Shown here: one piece after another, positions 1 to 12,543 of the stretch
How the letters are laid out: every line of letters starts with the position of its first letter
Position numbering within the stretch: position 1 is the stretch's first letter
Assembly: GCF_018350175.1 (NCBI RefSeq)
Contig: NC_058368.1
Coordinates: 98,396,001-98,460,000 of the forward strand
DNA: 64,000 bases
Source: Felis catus
Lineage: Eukaryota
Direction: 5' to 3'
Notes under the pieces: model-generated
What the model saw: the letters and a program-made list of their open reading frames with translations, nothing else
Databases searched by the model: none
What the model was told of the DNA's origin: nothing
Translations under genes and position numbers: made by a program

Positions 1-105
1 TGACACTAATCACAACTGATTCAAATACCATGTTTTGGTGGTTTCAACCCTTGGTCTGAATCAGTCACTGTTAAGGGAGCTGGGATTAGCATAGCTGGTT
101 TAAAA

Positions 106-270
106 CAGTGGTTCTCAACATGGGCTGTAGTTGAGAGTCATGTGGGGAGTTTTAAAAACCTGGGCTCTACCTCAGACCAATTAAATCAGAATATCTGGAT
201 CAAAACCCAGACATTATGTATTTTTTAAAAAGCTCCACAGGTGATTACACTGTGCATCTGGCTGGGTTAG
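106..270. mobile_element. MER5A1-like hAT-Charlie DNA transposon (MITE) relic
   Basis: Starts cagtggttctcaac; internal cagaccaattaaatcagaat and tttttaaaagctccacaggtgatt match the MER5A1 consensus as recalled. Confidence 0.75.
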
Positions 271-1204
271 ACCATCCAGAGTTACCCTTGGTGGGTCCAT
301 CCCCAAACCACACTGCTGTTACACAAATGGGCAGTTGAGCTGGAAGTTGCAAAGTCAACTCCAACTTGCCCTGGAAACTACTCTCAAGAATGTTACAGAT
401 CAGTAAGAAAGGGACAGTTTAAAAAGAAATATGCATATAGAATGCTGAAAGGCTTAGCAATTCTGTTGTCCTTATTCTCTTACAAACAATCAGAAAAATT
501 TAGAGGGGAGACAGGAAAACAGTTTTGAGCCTCTGTTAAAATGCCACTATTTTATTATTGCCCTTTCTTTTGATAAAGCTAAAAGCTTTTTTGCCCCATG
601 CCAACAGTTCACACTGAGGGCTGCACAATTTCCCTTTTTTTGACTGATCTCCTGCTGTACAAGAGTCTGTCTTTGTTCCCCATTTTTCTGGAAAATGCAT
701 CCTTGGCAACTGTCATGCTATAGAGAACAAAACCTTCTCAGTTTACAATGAACTCTAAGATGAGTTGGCCTCTCGGAATTCTAGAGAATTATTCTGTCAA
801 TTTGGGGGCATAAATAGCACTTCCGGGTCCACCAGACATCTAAGAATAGCAGAAACAATGGAAGATAGTAAATTTTTCTGGTTTGGGTAGTATAAAATGA
901 CAGTCAATAAATAGAAAATATGATATCAGAATATGGGAAAATGTAGAAACTATGCACAAAGACACACAGTGAAAGGCAAAATTTCAAAGCTGAAGGACAT
1001 CTTCACAATGCAGTAGTGGGATGAGATAAAGATCTTGAGCTGCTTTGGTGGAGGTGGTAATGCTTTGAAAGAGAACATTATAAATAGTCTGGATTCAGAA
1101 GCTGCTTCATATAAATGTTGGCTGTGGATATGATTTCCTGTCTCCATGTGGACTGTCATTACGATCACTTAGTTTGCTCACACCCGGGGGCTTCCCAAGA
1201 ATTA

Positions 1205-1505
1205 CAGTCAATTCTCATTATTCATGGAATCAGTATTTGAGAATTCACCTATGTGCTGGCACCTATGGTCCCGCTTGTGCTATCATTCATAAAAATTCGA
1301 GTTGCCTGATGAACGTATTCCCAACTGGGGCCAAGCAAGGCCACGCTTAGTGTTCATTTGTCATAGTGTAATCAAGTGCCCTCTTCAGGGTCTATTTAGT
1401 GCCATACTTCACATTTTTGTGCTTTTTGTTTATAGTTTAGCTGTTTAAAATGGCTCCCAAGCCTAGTGCTGAAGTGATGTCTGGTCTTTCCATGTACCAG
1501 AGGCT
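1205..1505 (+). mobile_element. TcMar-Tigger DNA transposon fragment (MER44/Tigger7-like)
   Basis: TIR-like cagtcaattctcattattc; internal gtctatttagtgcc...gctgtttaaaatggctcccaagcctagtgctgaagtg is typical of this family; subfamily uncertain. Confidence 0.7.
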
Positions 1506-1574
1506 CTTCTGTTGACCTTTTATAGTTTCACCCTCACCCCCAATCAGTGACCTTTGGTGACCATTAATCTGTTC

Positions 1575-1825
1575 TATATTTCTGTCATTTCAGGAATGGT
1601 CCCTATTTTTTATATATATATATATATATATATTATATTTCTGTCATTTCAGGAATGGTCCCTATTATATATATATATTTATAATTTATTTATAATATAA
1701 TTTATTTATATAGAAATATATAAATTTACATAATGTATTTATCCAATAAATACTAAATATTTAATATATTTTAATATATATTTACATTTATATATAATAT
1801 GTATTATATGTGTATATGTATTTTA
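1575..1825. repeat. (TA)n / AT-rich low complexity with a 33-bp direct duplication
   Basis: tatatttctgtcatttcaggaatggtccctatt at 1575-1607 and 1634-1666, followed by an AT-only tract. Confidence 0.9.
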
Positions 1826-2006
1826 TAGGCACTTCATTTGTTGAGCTGTTGCTTGTGGGCTGGGCGAGTGTGCATATTCAACATAACTTGTGTTGCCAAC
1901 ACCACTCAGGTGAAAGTGGGGCACTGCCTTGTTTCACACCATTCAGCCTCGCTCATGCTCTCTGGGGGAAAGCAGCCAAAGTACTTGCACAGACTTGTTG
2001 CCTCTG

Positions 2007-2429
2007 TTTTTTTTAAGATATAATTTATTGTCAAATTGGTTTCCATATAACACCCAGTGCTCATCCCAACAAGTGCCCTCCTCCATGCCCATCACCCACT
2101 TTCCCCTCTCCCCCCCCCCCACCATCAACCCTCAGTTTGTTCTCAGAATTTAAGAGTCTCTTATGGTTTGCCTCCCTCCCTCTCTGTAACTTTTTTTTCC
2201 CCTTCCCCTCCTCCATGGTCTTCTGTTAAGTTTCTCAGGATCCACATATGAGTGAAAACATATGATATCTGCCTTTCTCTGACTGACTTACTTCACTTAG
2301 CATAATACCTTCTAGTCCCATCCATGTTGCTGCAAATGGCTAGATTTCATTCTCTCTCATTGCCAAGTAGTATTCCATTGTATATATAGACCACATCTTT
2401 ATCCATTCGTAAGATCTGTATGCTGAAAA
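2007..2429 (-). mobile_element. 5'-truncated carnivore/feline L1 (ORF2 end + 3'UTR) with short 5' inversion
   Basis: Poly-T, then tttattgtcaaattggtttcc...cacccagtgctcatccc (antisense feline L1 3'UTR, same family as 48.7-48.9 kb); TSD ttgttgcctctg at 1995-2006 and 2430-2441. Confidence 0.92.
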
Positions 2430-3989
2430 TTGTTGCCTCTGATTTAAGGTGGAAACTCAGTTCCACATTAAGCTCCACTGACCCCTAAACATGGGAAGAG
2501 TGGAGAGTTTACTCTTTCTACTTCCTGGCATCTCATTAAGAGAGAGAGATTTTCTTCTTTTGGTATTTGTCTGGAGAAGGGCAGGGATCACCAAAAAGGT
2601 TATCTTTTGTTGGGTCCCTTTTTCTGAGTCTTTGGCTGGGAGAAACAGGCCGTTGGGATATTTTTCTGTCTGCTTCTGGCAGTTCCTAATTGGAGACTTC
2701 TGTAATGCCTTGTCTGAGATGGGAGGGAGTTAGAAATCCAGAGAACTTAACCATGTGTTCTGGAAATCCTAAAGTCCTTAGGCAGTCCAAATGCTTCTAC
2801 CTTTCAAACACTTCCTAGTTTTTTTGTGCTTTGGTCCAGGGTATTTTAGAATAAGAGGGAAGACATAAGTGGAATGGGGTAAGTTTCATTTTGTGTTTCC
2901 AAAGGCTATGGGTAACATTTTAAAAGATAGAAATAAATTTGGGAGAAGGTGAGGCTATCATTCGGAAAGGGAAGCTATAAGCAAAAAAGTCACAGAAGTA
3001 GGAAAGTTGTGTCTTTCTACTTGCCTCTGTTACATCTTGTAACTAAGTTGTGTTTTTCTCTGTCATTTTTCTAATTTTATCATGCTTTTTGGGTTTCTGT
3101 CTTACAGATGGACTTCATTAGACCTTGGAAAACAATCTGAATTTTTAATGTTTTGCCTGGCAATCAAATGGTGAATTAAAGTATATTGGGGCAAGTTACA
3201 CTCTTAGGCTTTTTCTCCTCTGATCTCTGAGTGCTGTGGTGCTGTACTTTTAAAACAACAAAAAAATAGTCATTTTTTTTCCTGGTTTGCCTTTGTGTTT
3301 GTTTGCCTTTTTTTTTTTTTTTGATTGGTATTGTAGCTTCAAAACTAAGCCAATAACCAGGAAGTCCCAGAAACCTGAGCTTTGCAGGACTTTTATGTGC
3401 TGACAACCATGGTTTCATTTTTTTTTTTTTAAATCACGTAAATTAGACTTTACAGACGTATCTGAGACTGTCATATTTTTTATTATAATATATTATTAAT
3501 AAGTACAGAGATTCAGAACCTCATCTTTAGTAGCGCTAGAAATATCTAGTCCTCTACCTCAGCTAATGAAAACTCATATATCCCTAAAGAAGTAGGATGT
3601 CCAAAAGAAAGTCGCAAAGTATATAGTGATTAACCAAAATGCATAATCCAGTTCTTTGATCATTGTTTGTTTTGTTTTTACTTTTGTTGTTGTTTTCTAA
3701 GTTGCACCACATGATACGGACAGCCAGAATATGTACTATAACATATTTTAAAATTTCCTAAGAAGATAAAAAAAATTTTATAGTTACGGTTGTGGCTAAT
3801 ACTGGCATTAACTTTTCTCAGATATACACTGTAGCATTTAATCTCACAGTCTGAGTCCTTTAAAGAGTGACATCTGAAAACTTAATTAGAACTAATCTGG
3901 TCCCTTAAGGAAAGGGAAGTTGGAGGAAGACACCTTCACCTCTCTAGGAAAACATAATGAAAGCCCCAGTAAAGTCAGAGGCAGTCAAC

Positions 3990-4200
3990 CATATGGGGAG
4001 AGATTTGAAGATTTGGGAGGGATAAGGAAGAAAGAGCAACTGAACAAAATGTGGCCGTAGTATATTTGGGTGGATGGGCAAAGATAAATTTAAATCCATC
4101 ATTTAACTGGGAGTTGGAGATACCGATCTGGAGTTCAGTAGAAGGGATGCAAGAGGTCTCTGAAGAGTTGGTGCTTGAAACCCCAGGAGCTTCTGTGGTG
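3990..4200 (-). mobile_element. L2 LINE fragment
   Basis: gagttggagataccgatctggagttcagtagaag resembles antisense L2 ORF2; highly diverged. Confidence 0.5.
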
Positions 4201-4219
4201 TAATCTGAAACTGCCTTCA

Positions 4220-4583
4220 TGAGGAGGCCAGAGAGAGACTTGAGAAAGAGGCAGGCCACTCCATGTTGGTAGGTGGCAGGTTTAATCTTCAAGGGAACAT
4301 ATTTACCAGGCTTGTCTGGAGCAGCCTCAAGATGCATACATTTCTGAACATGCCACCACATTCTTAGAAGTTTATACAGAGTCCTTAACTAGGATCAGTC
4401 ACATACACCATTCACACGGTCTCATCATCACTTTGCTATCTGAAGCTTGTACCCTTCGGGCAGCTTCTAGGTGCAGGGAAGGCAAGCAGAATGCATATTC
4501 CAAAGACAGGGGAGAGAGTGAAGAGCCTCCAGTTGGCCAGATGCAGCTTTCAGGTCACGTCTTCTTGATGACCACCTCCAATA
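4220..4583 (-). mobile_element. Ancient ERV solo-LTR-like element (family uncertain)
   Basis: On the minus strand it begins tattggaggtggtc and ends cctcctca, with attaaacctgccacc (polyA-signal-like) near the 3' end; no TSD seen. Confidence 0.4.
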
Positions 4584-4646
4584 AGTATGGGAAGTTGCTG
4601 ACATACAGATGATAAGTTACATTTAAGACTTAAATTATGGGGTATG

Positions 4647-5197
4647 TGCTATGGACTTAATTAATCCATATTAATAAAATGGAAATTTCGTATGTGGAAA
4701 CTGTAATTCCCAATATGACTATATTTGGAGATAGGGTCTGTAAAGAAGTCATAAAGGTTAAATGAGGAAATTAGGGTGGATTCCTGATGCAGTAGGACTA
4801 GGGTCCTTATAAGAAGAGACACCACAGCACTTCGTCTCCTGATCTTGTTCTCAGGCTGCACATACACACAGTCCAAAGGCCACGTGAGGACATAGTAAGT
4901 AGGCAGCCATCTGCAAGCCAGGAGGAGAGCTCACCAGAAACTGAATGTCCAGAACCTTTATATGTATATAATATATATAGACACTGAATGTCCAGAACCT
5001 TTATACACACACACACACACACACACATATGTATATATACACGTGTGTATATCTATCTATCTATATCTATAGATAGATAGATAGATAGATATACACAAAA
5101 TACATTACCACCTCCAGAATAGGGAGAAATCCATTTCTGTTGTTTAAACCACCTGGCCTGTGGTATTTTGTTATGGTGGTCCAAGCTCACGAACATA
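4647..5197 (+). mobile_element. MLT1A-type MaLR solo LTR with internal microsatellite
   Basis: tgctatggac start; gtccttataagaagag, gcagccatctgcaagccagga, tttctgttgtttaa...gtggtattttgttatgg; near-TSD gtatg/gcatg. Confidence 0.85.
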
Positions 5198-5561
5198 GCA
5201 TGTGAGTGGAAAATATTTCCCAGGGAAAGTGGGAATTAGAGGAGCTTAGTAGCCAATAGATAGTCTTGGAAGGTATAAAAGTACCATTTTAAGCCTGTGT
5301 TCTCATCGAGGTAATTAGAGTTATCAGTTGCAATCTATCTGAATTAATGAGGGGATAATGATGCTGGAAGTAACAAAGAACATATTTTTAAAAAATGTAT
5401 AGCTTTACTGAATACTTATTACCAGATAGAAAATACAGTGGATGAAGGCTCACACATACAGCAATGAGAAAGTATAAAATATATAATATTACATAAAATA
5501 AATTAGTAATTATCAGTGTACAATAAAGAACATTACAAAACCTTACTAACGATATAAAATA

Positions 5562-5682
5562 GGGGCACCTGGGTGGCTCAGTTGGTTGAGTCTAACTCTT
5601 GATTTTGGCTCAGGTCATGAAATGAGGGTCATAGAATTGAGCCCTGTGTTGGGCTCTACACTGAGTATGGAGACTTGTTAGG

Positions 5683-5730
<48 letters not shown>

Positions 5731-5804
5731 CTTCTTCCCCACTTGCGCTCACTCACTCTCTCTCTCTCTAAAATAAATAAAAAATCAAGAAAATTATTTT
5801 AAAA
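5562..5804 (+). mobile_element. Can-SINE (older subfamily)
   Basis: ggggcacctgggtggctcag head, (CT)n, A-rich tail; degenerate TSD gatataaaat/gatataaagt. Confidence 0.93.
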
Positions 5805-6089
5805 GTGATATAAAGTAACACCTAAATAAATGGAGTGCTTGGTCTGTTTTCTTTGGTAGAAACATTGAATATTGTAATGCTGCTAATTGTTTAACAGTAT
5901 AATTACTGCCCTTCTGACCAAAATGTGTATCATCAGGGCATTGATTCAGAAATGTGACAGAGTTATAAAATAACAACAATAGCTCAAAAGGAAAAGAGAC
6001 TAATGAGAGGTCTTGGCCCCTCAGATACCAAAATCATTATCCTCATTATCATCATCATCTGCAAAGTTTGAAGCAGGATGATGGTCAGC

Positions 6090-6538
6090 CACAAAAAAAT
6101 GAAAAAATCTTACCATTTACAACAACATACGTGGAACATGAAGGAATTATGCTAAGTGAGATAAGTCAGAGAAAGAGAAATACTATATGATCTCGTATAT
6201 GTATGGAATGATATAAATGTGGAATGAATATATATATATATGAACATATACCTATATATATGTATATGTAGATATACATACATATGTGTATATACATATA
6301 TGTGTATCTACATATATGTATGTGTATATGTATATATATACATGTATATGAGAGAAAGAGAATTTTTCCCCTTTTTAAAAAACTTTTTATTGTATCTAAA
6401 TGAGAAGATGGATGTTAGGTGAGCCTATTGTAATCATTTCACAATATATGTAAATCATACCATTCATTATGCTGTACACCTTAAAGTTATGTAGTAATGA
6501 TGTTTGTCAATTATTTTTCAACAAAACTGGGGAAAAAA
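6090..6538 (+). mobile_element. L1 3' fragments interrupted by a (TA/TG)n tract
   Basis: attatgctaagtgagataagtcagagaaag (ORF2 end) and ttgtaatcatttcacaatatatgtaaatc...gctgtacaccttaaa (3' terminus). Confidence 0.8.
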
Positions 6539-7018
6539 TGTTGTAATTGTACTGCATCAACCAGATTAGTCATTAGGAGGACAAAAATAATAGGTGTAAC
6601 CCCATGCCAAAGTAAATTCCACATAGAGCGATGACTTTAAACAGGGAAAAAGGAATACATAAAATAATGAAGGGGTAGGAAAACGTATCTAAGTGTGAAG
6701 GAAAACCAGTGTACATGACATGGAAGTTAAGAACCACAAAGGAAAGTACTGACTTGAATACTTAAATATTATAAATTGTTATGATCAATAAAATAAGGTT
6801 CTAAACACAAAAGTGAAGAAAAAAAATTCAGTGTGTCTCAGAACAATATGGCAGCTTTCAATAAGATGAATGGTTAAAATTCCAATAGAAAAGTAAGATT
6901 AGATCTGCAGAGAGACAGTTTTTAAATATGAATATACATGTAAAAATAAAAATAAAACATTCCCATAGTGGGATTCCAAAATCACATATTAAAATAATAA
7001 TTAAATATATATTGTGTG

Positions 7019-7232
7019 GGGGCGCCTGGGTGGCGCAGTCGGTTAAGCGTCCGACTTCAGCCAGGTCACGATCTCGCGGTCTGGGAGTTCGAGCCCCGCG
7101 TCGGGCTCTGGGCTGATGGCTCGGAGCCTGGAGCCTGTTTCCGATTCTGTGTCTCCCTCTCTCTCTGCCCCTCCCCAATTCATGCTCTGTCTCTCTCTGT
7201 CCCCAAAATAAATAAAAAACGTTGAAAAAAAA
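7019..7232 (+). mobile_element. Young Felis-type Can-SINE (SINEC_Fc-like)
   Basis: CpG-intact ggggcgcctgggtggcgcagtcggttaagcgtccgacttcagccaggtcacg; A and B boxes intact; TSD atatatattgtgtg. Confidence 0.97.
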
Positions 7233-7677
7233 TATATATATATTGTGTGTAATTAACAGTGATCTAAAAGAAGGGGGAAAATCAGGATTGGAGAAAATAG
7301 GAATTATAATTATCTGAAACTTGTCTCTAGACCAACTTAAAAATAAATGGAATAGACCTTGAAGATATGTACACTCCTGTAATTCTGGTCTGAAGGAGTG
7401 CTTAATATATGCCAACTGCCATATACATATCTGTATTCAAAATGTTTTTTTAAAGAATAAGCTAAAAATAATCTCTTTAGCAATGTTAGAGTCACTGAAT
7501 AAATTCATTTAATGGAATAATATCCATTCATTAAAATAATTAACTAAAGTTATTTAATCTGAAGTAACTAAACTACAATTAACTAAACTTATTAATTTGG
7601 AAATATGTTCATGTTTTATATAAACAGGCTACAAAATAATACATAGAGGAATAAACCTTTAAAATACATCCTGCATT

Positions 7678-7895
7678 GGGGAGCCTGAGTGGCTCAGTTG
7701 GTTAAGCATTGACTTTGGCTCAGGTCATGATCTCAACGGTTCATGAGTTTGAGCCCCGCGTTGGGCTCTGTGCTGACAACTCAGAGCCTGGAGCCTGCTT
7801 CAGATTCTGTGTCTCCCTTTCTCTCTGCTCTTTTCCCAGTAATGCTCTGTCTGTCTCTCCTTCAAAAATAAATAAACGTTAAAAAAAATAAAGAA
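7678..7895 (+). mobile_element. Can-SINE
   Basis: Head, (CT)n, tail; TSD aaaatacatcctg/aaaatacattctg. Confidence 0.95.
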
Positions 7896-8184
7896 AAATA
7901 CATTCTGTGTGTATGCACAGAAGAAAGTCTAGAGAATAGGTATCACAGTAATAATGTTGATATCTGTATCATGAATTTTTTCCTTGTATATATACATTTT
8001 CTGGTTTAAAAAAAAAACTGAAAAACACAGGTATCTTGAGAAGCAAAATATTTTATTTAGAAAATTAAAAATTCCCAGTCAACTAATAAGGGCACAAGAA
8101 GGGAAGTAAACATGTGAAACAAAAAACAAATGGACATTTAGGTGAAAGACTGGAAGTAGAGATGACATTAAAGAGGAAGGAAGA

Positions 8185-8402
8185 GGGGCACCTGGGTGAC
8201 TGAGTCAATTTAAGTGCCCCACTTTGGCTCAGGTCATGATCTCATGGCTTGTGGGTTTGAGCCCCATGTCGGGCTCTGTGCTGATAGCTCAGAGCCTGGA
8301 GCCTGCTTTGGATTCTGTCTCCCTCTCTCTCTGCCCTTCCCCTGCTCACACTCTGTCTCTGTCTCTCAAATATAAATGAACATTTAAAAAATTAAAAAAA
8401 AA
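8185..8402 (+). mobile_element. Can-SINE
   Basis: ggggcacctgggtg head, CT-rich body, A tail. Confidence 0.95.
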
Positions 8403-8479
8403 GAAGAAGAGTCTTTATTGAATTATCAAGGAGGAATAATCAAGGAAGAATCAAGGGGGAATAATTAACTACTTCTTGA

Positions 8480-10480
8480 TTTACTAAGTGTGTAGAATAT
8501 GTGAAGTACTCTTCTAGGTGCTGAAGGTAGAGAAGTGAAGACTTACAAGTTTTTACCTTGACAGGACTTAGAGTGTGGGAGAGAGGGACAGAATGATGGA
8601 TAGAATATAATTTACAGTACATGCTTAAAATAGTGTGTTGGCATTGGAGATGGAGGGGAATGGATGAATTTAGAACATATTTTGGATGACAACTCACCTG
8701 TCTTGCTGACAGGTTGAAGATGGGGAAGAGGGAAAGGGAGTTATCAAGGAATACTCTTAGGTTTGGGTGGCTGTCATCCACTGAAATTAATAACAGGGAG
8801 AGACATATCAAAAGTTAAATTTTTGATGGACTAAATACAGAATAGTGATTAGGTCTTTGAGGGAACATGTCATGTAAGATTGCTGGATAAATATGTTTGA
8901 AGCTTAACTGATGAATTTATGCTGGAGATAGAAATTCAGAAAATCATAAAAATAAATATGGCTCTTCAAGCCTAGAAATTAAATAAGGTTACTTAAGGGG
9001 AGAATGTAGCTAGCTAAGGGTTGAGCCCTGGACTGCTCATATGTATGGAATGTTTGGAGAAGAAACAACGGCTGTCAAGTTGACTGAAGTTTGTCAAGAA
9101 GAAAAAAAGAACACAGGACTGTGTGATATTAGCAAATCCATGAAACAAAAGGTTTTTTATTGAGTTATAGTTAAGTATATTCTGTGGGGCTAAATATTGT
9201 TGATAAAACAGAAAAATGTCCAGTGGATTTGGCCACACTGATGTCACTGAGAAGAGCCTAATGAAGATCAGTTTTAGTATGTGATGGGGTCAGAAGCCAG
9301 ACTGGAATGGGTTCATAAAAAGACGTGCAGCAGATGTGGATAGGATTTTGTGAAAGAAGGAGAGAAATGAATAGTGCTTAGAAGGGGTGGTGCTTTCAGA
9401 CAGCCATTTTTTATTAAGACATAAAATAGTATGATTAGTTTCTATGTGGTTTAGAATGACCCAGTTGAGATGAGATGAGTGATGACCTTCCAGAGAGAGG
9501 GAGTGACTCACAAGGAGAGCCCTTTAGAAATGGTGGGAGAGTATGGACCCAGAGCACATGTTTGCGGGTTAACATTTTTCGATGAAGGATGTCCTCGTCC
9601 ACTGTAACAGTGGAAAGGCAGAGAATATGGCTATAAATGCTGGTGGATGTGTAAGTTTAGTCATGGGGGAGTATAGGAATTCTTGTTTTATTCTATGAAG
9701 TAAAAACAACAACAACAACAACAACAACAACAAAACTCAGAAGCTAAAAACTGAGGGTGGGCAGAAAGATTATGTGCGAACTGATAAAAAGCTGCAGAAT
9801 ATTGAACTGCGAGCATAGAAAAGAACACTTTCTAGGGACACATAATGGGATTTTTAAGTAGTACGTTGTATCCATTTGGGGCATGAAAACCTGTTGGTCT
9901 TCTTGTATTGTTTTCTACTGGCATGCTAACTATTCAGACTTTGGAACCAAAGTTGTGAAGATTTGGGTTCAGCCAGGGTTGGGATGTTTCCAAGTCACTG
10001 TTACAGAGGCCAGGTAAGGGAGTTGACGGTACTCACAGGGAAATAACTGAGATGAAAACTCAGTCAATCTAAGCTGTAGAAATAGAAGACAGTAGGATAT
10101 GTGTGGTAAATAATGGTTAAGTACCAGCATTAGTGGCTTATGGGCATTGATTTAATCAAATACTCTTTAAAGTGCTAGAGTGAGCAAACTGGGAGAATAT
10201 ACTAAGGTTGGCAGAAACTAGGGTGCCTACCATCTGATTTAGGGAGAGTGTGACTGGGAAGGGAGCATTATAAAAAAAAGATATATTAACTATATCAAAG
10301 AAATGAGAAGCCAAGGAATTCCATGGGTCATACATGTTCATGTTAAGTCTAAAGAATATTAGAGAGGAGAGAGAGAGAAAGAAAAGGTGTGGTGTGCGAA
10401 CTAAAGTCTTTGGTGAATTAGAAGTTTCCTGGAAGGCAGTAGAGATGAGAAAAAAAAGAAGAAAATTAAAGGTGAGTGAA
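8480..10480 (-). mobile_element. Long decayed L2 LINE remnant
   Basis: Purine-rich antisense L2 signatures (aaatgtccagtggatttggc, agaagccagactggaatgggtt); minus-frame NMYDPWNSLASHFFDIV resembles L2 endonuclease NIHVDDPSNTLASQFLDLL. Confidence 0.75.
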
Positions 10481-11834
10481 TGGGATTGTGTTTTGAAGAA
10501 GAGTAGAGTAGTTCAGAAACTGAATTTCCAGAACCCAAATCAGTCATATCCAACCTTCCAAAGCTCCTGTACATGTACCACTTTCATTCTCAGGTGATGC
10601 TAACACTGTTCTTCTCTTTGGTTACTGTTAAACCAACATCCTCTTCATTGTCTTTAACTCACTCAACTGTGTCAGAATCTTAACATAATCTGGTCAAGTC
10701 TAAACTTGAAACTCTATGAATCCAAGGATTTGGTAAAGGATTCAAGGATAGGTTGCATATTTATTAATAAGAAAGCTTCCCATTTCCCGGGTAATATTGG
10801 TTCAGAAACTAATGGGAACAATCATTCCTCCTCCACACAACTGAGGTATCTGAGAGATACATCTTATTCTAGGGACTCTATGAGAAGCTGAATCCTCAAC
10901 ACCCATCACGGTCATAGTTAAAAAGAAACTGAAAACATTTTAATCTTTTAATCAATAACTGCATGTTCCAGAAGACATATTGAAAACATTTGGGAGGATG
11001 GAGAGGAATGAATTTGGATAGGTTTAGGGATGTACTAATTGAGTAAGGGTGAGCGAATCCAATGACACCAGATGGCACAGAGGTTTGAAACAATGAGGAA
11101 AATAATAAATATTTACTTCAGTTCTCTCTGAAGATGGATTGATCTGAGTTTCTTTGAGAGTGTTGACAATCCATGTAAGGCAGGGTTTTCCATATTTAGT
11201 TATTGTGGTATAGAGCCATGAGAGAATAAAGTTAGTTACATACAGGAGAAAGTGATTTTGCCTTTTCAAGTTCTGAATTATTACTTTCAAAATACAAATG
11301 ATGTCTTTTATGTTTACATATAGCCTAAATTTGATAAAGGAGGTTCAGGAGATGCAGAAAGAAGAGGGGTGCCACATTTGAGACGCTGTGAAGGATAGCT
11401 TGTAATATTTAAGTGGTCATGAAAGCTGAAACTGTTCTTGCCATTAGGATCTCCTAGTGACCCCTAAATGGTTAGCAGGATAGTTTGAGAAGAGTTTTGA
11501 GAGTTGGGAACTCCTGACTAATGATCTTAGGTATTAAGCAGGCAGAGAATAAAACATCTGTGCCAGATAGTATGATAGAATACACAGAGAGAGAAAAGAA
11601 AAGCAAGAAAGGCAAGGGATGCACTTATGGTAAGACTTAATAGGGCATGAGGAAATCAGGACCAGGAATTATAGGAAAGGGTTGTTTAAAAAGTAAGAAC
11701 TTAGTTTAAATGTTAATGTTCAACATTGGTAAGCTGCTGTTATGTGTCAGAAAATATACTAAGGTTATTGCTGATTTAATTTGTTTAAGCCCCATTAGAA
11801 AACAGAAACAAAACCTAAGAGATACATATAATCC

Positions 11835-11965
11835 CCCTCTGCATTTTTATAGATCTGGAAGTCAAGACCTACAGAAGTATGTACCTCGCTAAGATCATGA
11901 AGCCAGTGAGTGGGGCCAGGATTAACACCCAATGAGTCTGTCTCCAGAACTCTTTGTCTCAACAA
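11835..11965 (-). mobile_element. MIR SINE fragment
   Basis: catttttatagat...gccagtgagtggggccaggattaacaccc...ctccagaact matches the MIR core. Confidence 0.65.
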
Positions 11966-12003
11966 ACAGGAATGCAAAATGAGGAATTAAAAAATAATAC
12001 AAT

Positions 12004-12170
12004 AGGGCGCCTGGGAGGCTCCCTTGGTTAAATGGCCCACTCTTGAGTTTTGGCTCAGGTCATAATCTTGTGTCATGATTCTTCTCTCTCTCCCTCTCTC
12101 TCTGCCCCTTACCTGCTGTCTCTGTCTCTCAAAAGTAAATAAATAAATGTTTACATTTATTTAAAAAAAT
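12004..12170 (+). mobile_element. Can-SINE with internal deletion
   Basis: Head joined directly to (CT)n, about 50 bp including the B box missing; TSD aataatacaata/aatcatacagta. Confidence 0.88.
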
Positions 12171-12364
12171 CATACAGTAAATTGAACATTATTTTGGCAG
12201 AAACAATTTTACAACTCAGGAATATTAGAGAACAGAAAAAGAGCATATTTCTGAGGTCATATCAGGATGATCATAGATATAAACATAAACATCATAAACA
12301 TCAAAAATATTGAAAATTTGCTTATTCTAATGGGAGCACTTTTTCAGAAAAAAAAATGTTTAAA

Positions 12365-12543
12365 CAAGACTGGCTTTGTGGTATGCAGCCTGTGATGTCA
12401 GACAGGGCTCTTTGCTTCGAGGAACCACATGCTTTGTTGAATGCTTTAATGTCACTAGAACATGATTCTTAATATGTTTTAAAAAGGGGGTATTGCATTT
12501 TCATTTTGCACGGAAGGTCTTGTGAATTATGTAAGTGGCCCTA
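12365..12543. mobile_element. MER45A-like hAT-Tip100 DNA transposon
   Basis: cagggctc...gcattttcattttgcac...aattatgtaagtggccct matches MER45A as recalled. Confidence 0.75.

Noticed and set aside
3975..4361. 128-aa minus-strand ORF
   Set aside because: Spans an LTR-like/L2 junction; no recognisable protein
7019..7100. tRNA-like A/B boxes as tRNA genes
   Set aside because: These are the tRNA-derived heads of Can-SINEs, followed by CT tract, poly-A and TSD
6858..7415. 185-aa minus-strand ORF
   Set aside because: Read-through of an antisense Can-SINE; the same peptide (GRGRERGRHRI) recurs at many SINEs
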